From assembly GCF_032191835.1 (NCBI RefSeq), contig NC_083227.1:18290001-18354000 (forward strand): a DNA stretch of 64,000 bases. The letters run 5' to 3'. Below the pieces are notes generated by a model, which made no database searches, had not been told where the DNA came from, and was given only the letters and a program-made list of their open reading frames with translations. This DNA comes from Heteronotia binoei. Lineage: Eukaryota. The translations under genes and the position numbers were made by a program. This document shows, in pieces, positions 52,690 to 61,799 of the stretch. Each line of letters begins with the position of its first letter. Within the stretch, counting starts at the first letter, position 1.

Positions 52690-53018
52690 ACTCACCCACC
52701 CCATTTCCGGAAGCACTCGGGCTGCGCATCCGCTGGCGAGCCGACCGGATGTAGGTCGCACCCCTCTAGGAATCCCTGCGATGGTGTCGTCTCTTTGGTA
52801 GAAGAGCGTAGAGGAATGCTTAGGGCCCTGGGGAAGTCGGGTGGTTCCTAGAGCGGCGGGGGGGGGGGAGGGAGAGAGAGCTTCTTTTCTCCCCTCTCGC
52901 TAGCATCGGAGAGGGCCGACCTTTCCCCCCCCACGCCGAAAGCAGAGTCCGAGAGCCTTGCAAGCAAAGAAGCGTTTGCATCAGAGCGAAGGAGAGAGCG
53001 GGGACCGAGGAGGAGAAG
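52690..53018 (+). promoter_or_regulatory. CpG-rich promoter / non-coding exon 1 of transposase-derived gene B
   Basis: CpG-dense. Shares tctaggaatccc, cgtctctttggtagaa and ttcctagagcggc with 33500-33830. Donor GAAG|gtaaca at 53019. Confidence 0.65.
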
Positions 53019-53749
53019 GTAACAAGGGTTTGGAGCTGGTGTCGGGTGCTCGTGGGTGGTTTTCTCAGGCCAGCCGACCTCGGAAGAGCAGACAACTAGG
53101 CATGCTGCTGCGAGCTTTTGGAGACGGCGCGGATAAGATTTTTTTTAAAAAATGAATAGATGAGAAAGAAATATGCATTGAAGCCCACTGGGACCCAAAG
53201 GAAACCCCTGCATATTGTGGCCCTGATCCCACCCACCCCCCCGCCGCCCTTGTCCCCCGTAGCAAGCAATGGGTCCAGGCGGGGTGAGAAATTGTACGTG
53301 ACTTTAAAAAAAATAATTGTAGACAGTCGTACTCTCAGGCTAAAAACGACAAGGGAAGGGGGCGAGCCGGTTTTGCATTGATTTTGCAGATTTTTGCATT
53401 GAGAACTTCCTTCTCAATGAGCATTTAATCTCTCTTCTCTCCCCACCCCCCGTATTCTTTAGGATTCCCCAACAACACCATTGTGTGAGCTGCAGCTGGA
53501 TATGGGGGGCTGGGGGGGGAGAGGCATGCTTCTGGATAGAGAGGTGCCCCTCCGTAGAAGTTTTGAGGTCAGAGCCAAGCCAGAAAGTGCATTTTGAGCA
53601 GGTATGATATTCCAATTGAGGAGGAAATTTTCACTGTCACCTAACAGCTAGCGCCCCAGAATTCTGTCCGGGCTCATGCCAAACTATAACACACAGCAGC
53701 ATGTCAGACTCATTCAGATGGCTCGGAGTAGGTCCCAAATGCACTAGAT

Positions 53750-54087
53750 CAGGGGTGGCCAAACTTGCTTAACATAAGAACCACATAGAACAAATGTCAG
53801 ATGTTTGAGAGCCACAAGACATGAACGTCAAATGTTTGAGAGCTGCAAGACAGGAAAAAAGGAGGGCAGGCAGGCAAATAGATTGGGGGAGGGGGAGGTG
53901 AAAAGAAAGCAACTTTAACTTTAAATGCCTTCTCCAAGCTGCTGGCTGGCTTGACTTAGAGAAGTGATTTAAAGAGAGAAATGCCTTCTCCAAGCTGGCC
54001 AACAGGGTGGGGGGGCGGGGCTTCAAGACCCACACAATATGTATGAAAGCCACGTGTGGCTCCTGAGCCACTGTTTGGCCACCCCTG
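53750..54087. mobile_element. hAT MITE, perfect 8-bp TSD cactagat (intron of gene B)
   Basis: caggggtggccaaac / gtttggccacccctg. Relatives at 41418-41760, 51499-51807 and 58384-58686 (TSD gaatagtt/gaatagtc). Confidence 0.85.
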
Positions 54088-54945
54088 CACTAGATACATA
54101 CTGATGTAAATGGCAAAATTATGGACTTGGCCTGGGAAAGAGGTAAGCTCAGAAAGTGAGGAAGAGACATGTTCCCTGTGAGGCTACCATCCCAACTGCA
54201 ACAAGGAGGAGTGCTTAATTAATTGAATTATACTTGTCAGTGCAGGCTGTGGTTTGTGCCTTGCGGTAAGAGTGCAAAGATTTGTTAACCTTCTGCAAGT
54301 GATTTATGAAGCTTCTACAATACTCTTACCAATTATACACTGCTCTGCTCCAGAATAGACATGACTGATATTTTCATATTTGGCAATAGTTACATTGCTT
54401 GTGAAAACGAATACCTACATTTTTAGATGGAGCCTAGAGCCTAAGAAAAAATGTGTCAAGGCCTAGCCAATCCTTGTTCAGCCAGTGCATTTAAGCAAGA
54501 AAGTAAAAGAACTGTTAAATGGCAGCATTAATTCTGTAGAAGTGGTCGAACATAAGAGAAGCCATGTTGGATCAGGCCAATGGGCCATCCAGTCCAACAC
54601 TCTGCATCACACAGTGGCCTATACACACACACAGATTTTCTGGTTGTCTCTGTTTGCAACCAGGGAAAGTGAGAAATGAAGAGAGCAAGACACCAATGAA
54701 AACATATTTGCATCTTGAGGACTACAGTGATGTGATAGTGAGTCCAATAGAACTTCTCAGTGAGCATGTGCTGGGTTGTGAGCCAAGGGGCAAGGCATCC
54801 CACAGGGTGGGCTTGGAAAAGCAAGACACCTGAAAATCCACACTGATGGATCTAGAGAAACTTCCAGTGCAATCCCGAGCAAAGTTGCACCATTCTACAC
54901 CCATTGGCCTCCAAGGACTTAAAAGGGTGTAACTCTGTTTAGGGA

Positions 54946-55175
54946 TAGAACAAAGTTGGAGTCAAGTTGCACCTTTAAAGACCAACAAAGTTTTATTCAG
55001 AACGGAAGCTTTCATGTGCTGTAAGCACATTTCATCAGACGAGTATTTAGGAATCATCATCGTCTGATGAAGTGCGCTTAGAGAGCACACAAAAGCTTCC
55101 CTTCTGAATAAAACTTTGTTGGTCTTAAAGGTGCAACTGGACTCCTGCTTTGTTCTACTGCTTCAGACCAACACG
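54946..55175. mobile_element. Penelope-like inverted repeat (about 97-bp arms, 17-nt spacer)
   Basis: gttgcacctttaaagaccaacaaagttttattcagaa..catcagacga / tcgtctgatg..ttctgaataaaactttgttggtcttaaaggtgcaac. Single arms at about 1935-2003, 11035-11085, 35810-35965 and 38440-38530. The class assignment is from memory. Confidence 0.6.
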
Positions 55176-56390
55176 GCTGCCCGCTTGGAGCTGTCTGTTT
55201 AGGAATGCGCTTATTTCAGATTGAATCTGAAATACTCCTAGAAGTTTACAGATCGTTGCCTTTGTTTGCAAGTGGTTCATGACTGCGATCCTAGACCTGC
55301 TTAAGAGTCGCCTCAGTGTATTGATTTTGCAGATTTTTGCATTGAGAACTTCTTTCTCAATGAGCATTTAATCTCTCTTCTCCCCCCACTCCCCGTATTC
55401 CTTAGGATCCCCCAGCAACACCATGTGTGAGCTGGAGATGGAGGGGGGTGGGGGGAGAGAAGCATGTGTTGTACATTTATTTTTCTTAGTAATTGTGGAT
55501 AAAGAGCAGTGGGGAGGGGCATGTTCTGTGGGGGACTGTGGGCTGGATCCAGATTATTCTTTCAGCAAAACAAAAGTCTCCCCCCCCCCACACGCACACG
55601 CAGTGCTCCTTGAGATGGGGAACTCAGAGGAATCACACGAAAAGGGGGTCTACGGTGGGAATGGAGGATCAGTGGGAATTGCAGTTTAGTCTAGATCTGA
55701 CCCTGTAGTTAGAGAGTTAGACTAGGATCTGGGATAACTCAGATTTGGATCCCTACTCTGCTGAGGAAGCTCAGTGGGTTTCCTCGGGCCAGTCACTCAC
55801 AGCCTAACCTACAGAATGGAGGAGAAGAGAAGGGCGTTGTAAGCTGCTTTGGGTCTCCGTTGGGGAGAAAAGTGGCGTATTAAATATTTAACTAAATTTG
55901 TATCAGTTCTTCAGAGGTTTCACAGCATTTCAGGCTACACAGAACTTCTAAATGAGACTGTGGAGCTCAAAAGGATGGATTCTGCTCATACTCCTCAGTC
56001 TCATTTTCTCTGAAAGGGAAGAAGATATTGGATTTATATCCCGCCCTATAATCTGAATCTCAGAGTCTCAGAGCAGTCACAGTCTCCTTTACCTTCCCCC
56101 CCCCCACAACAGACACCCTGTGAGGTGGGTGGGGCTGAGAGAGCTCTCACAGCAGCTGCAGTCCACGCACTTAACCACTACACCAAACTCCCAAACTGGG
56201 AGTGCTGTGGAACATGAAACCATGCAACATCCTTCAGCTGTCATGTTGTGTGATGGGGGAAACTGCCTACCTGGTGTGTTTGTGGGCTGTGACCTATATA
56301 GAATGAAAGGCAATTTGTGTTGTTGTTGTTTTGTTTACAGGAAGCAGACTTTGCTCAAAAATACGGACAGAACATTAGGATCAGGGCAAC

Positions 56391-58322
56391 ATGGATGCCA
56401 GTGAGGGGAATACAACCACTAGCTCAGTGAAGAAGAGAAAGTATTATTGCTACTTTAAGGATGAATGGTGCAAAGAAGAGGCGTTCAGAGGCTGGCTTCA
56501 CAAAGTGGACATGGTGACGGCCGAATGCATTCTGTGCCATCAGGGATTCTCCATAAAATATGAGGGAAGAGGAGCAGTGACCAGCCACGCAGACAGCTCC
56601 AAGCACAAAGAACTGGAGAAACAACGCAAAGAAATGCCAGAAATCGTGACTTTTTTTAACAAAGCAAACTTCTCCCAAGAAGACATGGTGACAGCGGCGG
56701 AGGTAGGACAGGTATATCACAGCATTGTGCACCATCTGAGTTATGCGAGCCAAGCTTGTGCGTATAAAACGCTCTCGCGGATCTTACCTGATTCGGTCGT
56801 GGCGAGAAAAATGTCTTGCGGGCGGACGAAAGCCACCAGCATTGCGGAAAGCGTCTTGGCCCCCAAGTCGCGGGAACTTTTGCTGAAGGACTTGGAGGCT
56901 GCGCCTTATTTTTCCATTGGATCGGATGCCTCCAACAAGAGGAATAAGAAATTCTTCCCGGTCACTGTGCGTTACTTTTCGGTGACCGAGGGAATTAAGC
57001 ACGGCCTGCTTGATTTCTACAACGAATTGACAAGCGATTCGATTGCAACACGGATCGCCATTATTCTGCAAGAGAATGGCCTCAATGTGAGCAGAGTGTC
57101 ATCTTACATGATTGATAATGCCTCTGTGGATTTTGCAAAGCACTGGGCAGTGTTCCAGGACCTCAAGCAACTTAATGATGGACTGATACAAGTGGGGTGT
57201 ATGGGCCGTGTCATCCACAACTGCCTCAAAAAGGGGATGAGGGCGCTGAGTTTTGACGTAGAAACCCTGATTTTCAAGATATACAGCGAGTTTTCGTCCT
57301 CACCCAAGAAGACCGAGTCCCTTACGTCGTTTTTTGAGTTTGTGGAAACAGACTACAAAGATGTGCTTCAGCAGGTATCGACGGGGTGGCTTGCTCTCCT
57401 GCCCGCCATTGACCGCGTCCTCGAAAACTGGTCAGTGTTGAGGGCGTACTTCTTGTCAGAAGGGGACGAAGAGTGCGTGAAGATCGTGTGGGAAGCGTTC
57501 AATGCGGAAGAGCACGAGTCTCTCCCTCTTTGTTACGTTCACTTTGTGCACAACCTGATGAGAATATTTTCCGACGCTGTGAAGAAACTGGAATGCGACC
57601 ATGTCGGCAGCACAGAATTGCACGGTGTCTTGGAAGGCCTCCACTGCAAGCTCAAGAGAAGAAGAGAGGACAAATTCTATGGAAGATCCGCCCAAGTCAT
57701 TTTGGGCAACATCTCTGTCTTTGACAACCAAAAATTCACCGAGGAAGCGGAGAACATGTTGACACAGTGCATTGCATACTTGGAGGAGTGTTACAATTTC
57801 AAAGCTGCCGTTTTTGAGCCGATGGCCGTGCTGTCGCTTAACAACGAAGTCAAGTGGCCGGATTTGGTGGCTCTGGTGGCAGCCCTCCGCATTGAGATAG
57901 ACATCGACCAGCTCTACAATGAGTATTGCGTTCTGCAGAAGTTCCGAGAAGAGATTGTCTCCAAGGAGCAGAGAATAGATCAGCGGTGGGTGAAAGTTTT
58001 CAGGCAAATCCCGGAGCGTGCGGAGAGCCAGCTGCTGAAGTTGGTCTCTTTCGTGCTTTCCATTCCCGTGTCCAACACCTTCTGTGAGAAAATCTACAGT
58101 CTCATGGCCCAGCTGTGGAGCAAGGACAGAAACAGACTGAGCGACAGTGTGGTGAAAGCCGAGCTGCAGGTCCAGCTGAACTTCAATATTTCCTGTGCGG
58201 ACTTCCATGAATTCCTGTACAGGAACCCAGAGCTACTGAGAGCTGCAAGGGGTCAGCAGAAATACAGGTTTAAAAAGGAAGAACCGGAGGGTGCTGCCTT
58301 TCCCTTGGCGATCCAGTTTTAA
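56391..58322 (+). CDS. hAT-superfamily transposase-derived protein B (643 aa), paralog of A
   Basis: Colinear with A without evident gaps, roughly three-quarters identical by eye. Has GSDASN, IDNAS and SNTFCEK. Acceptor ttttgtttacag| at 56340; ATG in aacATGg context. Confidence 0.88.
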   Translation: MDASEGNTTTSSVKKRKYYCYFKDEWCKEEAFRGWLHKVDMVTAECILCHQGFSIKYEGRGAVTSHADSSKHKELEKQRKEMPEIVTFFNKANFSQEDMVTAAEVGQVYHSIVHHLSYASQACAYKTLSRILPDSVVARKMSCGRTKATSIAESVLAPKSRELLLKDLEAAPYFSIGSDASNKRNKKFFPVTVRYFSVTEGIKHGLLDFYNELTSDSIATRIAIILQENGLNVSRVSSYMIDNASVDFAKHWAVFQDLKQLNDGLIQVGCMGRVIHNCLKKGMRALSFDVETLIFKIYSEFSSSPKKTESLTSFFEFVETDYKDVLQQVSTGWLALLPAIDRVLENWSVLRAYFLSEGDEECVKIVWEAFNAEEHESLPLCYVHFVHNLMRIFSDAVKKLECDHVGSTELHGVLEGLHCKLKRRREDKFYGRSAQVILGNISVFDNQKFTEEAENMLTQCIAYLEECYNFKAAVFEPMAVLSLNNEVKWPDLVALVAALRIEIDIDQLYNEYCVLQKFREEIVSKEQRIDQRWVKVFRQIPERAESQLLKLVSFVLSIPVSNTFCEKIYSLMAQLWSKDRNRLSDSVVKAELQVQLNFNISCADFHEFLYRNPELLRAARGQQKYRFKKEEPEGAAFPLAIQF

Positions 58323-58852
58323 GGTAAAAACCTAATTATATTGAATTATTTAAGTAGCTTAATGGGTCAGTGTGGGAATAGTTCAGGGGTGGCCAAACTG
58401 TGGCTCAGGAGCCACATGTGGTTCTTTCACATATATTGTGTGGCTCTTGAAGCCCCCGCCACCCTTTGACTTGGAAAAGGCATTTCTCTCTTTAAATCAC
58501 TTAACCAAGCCAGGTGGTGATTTGGAGAATGCATTTAAAGTTGCTTTCTTTCCACCTCTCTCTCCCTCCTCCATCTTTTCCCCTTCCTTCCTCTCTCAAA
58601 TATCTGACATTCAATGTCTCGAGGCTCTCAAACATCTGATGTTTATTCTATGTGGCTCTTACGTTAAGCAAGTTTGGCTACCCCTGGAATAGTCTGTAGT
58701 ACACACAGGCTGTGTCTCCCGAGCCCTTCCCCAGGAACTAATCCAAACATACAGTGGGAGAACTGGGGCACACGTGAAGCAACGATCAAAAAATCCCCGG
58801 TTTCAATAACAGTTTCCTAAGACACAATCCTATCTTGTGCAGTAGACATAAA

Positions 58853-58935
58853 GCAGTATCTATATTGGTGTCAATATCAAAATGTTACAATACTGTATTG
58901 TGATATTTTGATATTGACACCAATATAAATACTGC
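58853..58935. repeat. 83-nt near-perfect AT-rich palindrome
   Basis: 41-nt arms with 3 DNA mismatches, two of which are G-U pairs on the + strand RNA. Confidence 0.85.
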
Positions 58936-60051
58936 ATTATGAATACTGGATAAGATATAAGTTGTATAATGTCTTAAAGGTAAAAGTACCAAGTCATTAA
59001 CGACCCATGAAGTGACGTCACATCATGATGTTTTCTTTTGTTATGGGGTGGTTTGCTATCGCCTTCCCCAGTCATCTACACCTTCCCCCCAGCAAGCTGG
59101 GTACTCATTTTACCCACTTCGGAAGGATGGAAGGCTGAGTCAACCTTGAGCCAGCTACCTGAACCCAGCTTCCGCCGGGATCGAATTCAGGTCCTGAGTA
59201 GAGAGCTTGGACTGCAGTAGTGCAGCTTTACCACTCTGTGCCACGAGGCTTAAGAAACTGTTATTGAAATTGGAGCTTTCTTGATTGTTGCTTCCCCAGG
59301 GGCTGCCTGCCTTCAGATCTGCAGCACTGCCAATCCCTCTCTCTCTGTTCACTTCGTGGTACTAAGTGCAATGCTAACAAACTGGTTCTTCCCTTGATGC
59401 TCAGGGTAGAAGTATGCTGTTTTCTATGAAATATTTTTGATCAGCAAAATTGATAGGGATGCTAATTTGTTTCATTGTTTGAAAATAACAAGAAGACGGC
59501 AGATTTATACTGAATCAGAGACTCAGAGCAGCTTACAATCTCCTGTATCTTCTCCCCCCACAACAGACACTCTGTGAGATGGGTGGGGATGAGAGGACTC
59601 TCACAGCAGCTGCCCTTTCAAGGACAACGCCTACGATAGCTATGGCTAACCCAAGGCCATTCCAGCAGCTGCAAGTGAAGGAGTGGGGAATCAAACCCGG
59701 TTCTCCCAGATAAGATTCCGCGCACTTAACCGCTACACCAAACTGGCTCTCCAAAAGCAGTGTGAATTTCATTTCTGAGATGCAGCACACTTCCTTCCTC
59801 CTCAGGGCTTTGTCTGCTGTTAAGATGCTGGTTCTTGCGAGTGCCCCCTGGTTCCCTCGCTTTCCCACCCAGTATGGTGTAGTGGTTAGGAGTGCAGACT
59901 CAAATCTGGGAGAACCGGGTTCGATTCCCCACACCTTCGCAGGCAGCGCCCAGTGTGACCACAGGGTCAGTCACGAGTTCTCTCAGAGCGGTTCTCAAAA
60001 GAGCTCTCTCAGCCCTGCCTATCTCACAGGGTGTCTGTTGTGGGGAGAGGA

Positions 60052-60366
60052 GATGGTGGCAGCTACAAGCCATAGGAGGTGGCAGCGGCTACAAGCATAG
60101 CCAGCTTCAAGAGGGGATTGAATGAATATATGGAGCAGAGGTCCATCAGTGGCTATTAGCCACAGCATATTTTTGGAACTCTGTCTGGGGCAAGTGATGC
60201 TCTGTATTCTTGGTGCTTGGGAGGGGCAATAGGGTGAGGGCTTCTGGTGTCCTGGCCCCACTGATGGACCTTCTGATGGTCCCTGGGTTTTGGCCGCTGT
60301 GTGGCACAGAGTGTTGGACTGGATGGGCCATTGGCCTGATCCAACATGGCTTCTCTTATGTTCTTA
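60052..60366 (+). mobile_element. CR1 LINE 3' end
   Basis: agcttcaagaggggattg..cctgatccaacatggcttctcttatgttctta. Confidence 0.8.
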
Positions 60367-61193
60367 AGGGAAAAGAGATAGCAAGCTACTCTGAGACCTC
60401 CTCCTCCTCCTTCCCAGCTCCTCTTATGTAAAATCCAAACTCAAAAGTTATGTAAATAGTTATTATTACAACCAACTGAAGTGACACAAAATAATGTGTG
60501 AACATTCAAATTCTCTGGAATTATTCATCAGGCTAGGGTTTTTTAAGAACCAAAGAAGAGCCCTGCTGGGTCAGACCAGTTGTCCATCTAGTCCAGCATC
60601 CTGTCTCACACAGTGGCCTCTGGAGGTCCAGCAACAGGGCATAGAGTTCAAGGCCTTCCTCTGATGTTGCCTTATGACTCTGGGATTCAGAGGCTGACTG
60701 CCTCTGAATGTGGAGGGATATGTCAAGCCTCCTGGATGCATCCCTCATAGAATGCCGGGTAGGTTCAAAGAGACTGAGGAGGAGCCGTGGCTTAGTGGTA
60801 GAGCACCTGCTTAGCAAGGAGAAGGTTGCAGGTTCAGTCCCTGGCCTCTCCAGTTCAAAGAGTCAGGTAGTAGCTGATGGGAAAGGCCTCAGCTTGAGAC
60901 CCTGGAGAGCTCCTGCCAGTCTGAGTAGCCTATGCTAACCTTGATGGACTCACGGTCTGATTCAGTATAAGACACGTCTGTGATGTGTGCTAGATTGAGC
61001 TGGTGTAAGATTGCACCCTTGGCATTCTGGGAAGAAGGTGAGGAGGTGGAAAGGGGACAGTGGCCATCAATTAATCAAATGTCTTCAGTATAGTCTCTGG
61101 CTGCACCACATGCAGATCGTTCTCTGTTGTGACTTGATTACTGCTTTGAATGCAGAGGCATTTGAAGCAACTTCAGACGTGGGTTACATATGC

Positions 61194-61799
61194 CAGAGGT
61201 GTCAAACATGCAGCCCCGGGGCCAAATCAGGCCTCCGGAGGGCTTTTATCAGGCCCCTGAGCAACTGGCTGTCATCTGCTTCCTTCTCCCTTTCTCTTTT
61301 GTTTCCTTCTGCATCACAGCTTGCTTTGCCCAATTGCACAGGAGCTACAGAGCAAAACCTCTATTTTCTCCATTGGCTGAGGCTCCTCTATTGGGGAGGA
61401 GGGGGGGAGGGATAGCTTGCTTTGCCAGGCTGTCTCAGCCGCACAACAGACTACTGAGCCAAGCTTCTCTACCTTGTATTGGCTGAGACTCCTCCCCCTT
61501 CTGGTCCCCTGGGGAAGGAAGGAAAGAGCCAGAGCTTCCTTTGCCCACTTCCCTGGATCCCATGGGAGAAATAAAAAACCCCCACCTTTAAGACCAATGA
61601 GTGCTAATGTTTTAAGTATGTTTTTAAGGTTTTTTTAAAAAAGGTCTTTAATTGCATTTGTCTGTCTCCTTTATAAAGTTTTATCTGCTACCTAATTTTA
61701 AATAGGAACACACTCGGCCCAGCCCGACATGGCCTGGCCCAACAAGGTCTCTTTTATGTCAGATTTGGCCCTCATAACAATATGAGTTTGACACCCCTG
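61194..61799. mobile_element. hAT MITE (about 600 bp), perfect 8-bp TSD acatatgc
   Basis: cagaggtgtcaaac / gtttgacacccctg. Partial copies at about 1070-1547 and about 16520-17018. Confidence 0.85.

Noticed and set aside
57456-58208. 250-aa antisense ORF (also 7142-7576, 26492-26995, 40578-40883)
   Set aside because: Shadow frames of real coding sequence caused by codon bias.
39000-58500. Interpreting the two transposase ORFs as autonomous active hAT transposons
   Set aside because: I found no TIRs or 8-bp TSDs bracketing either ORF; the flanks are paralogous introns/promoters; nearby CAGGGG ends belong to self-contained MITEs.
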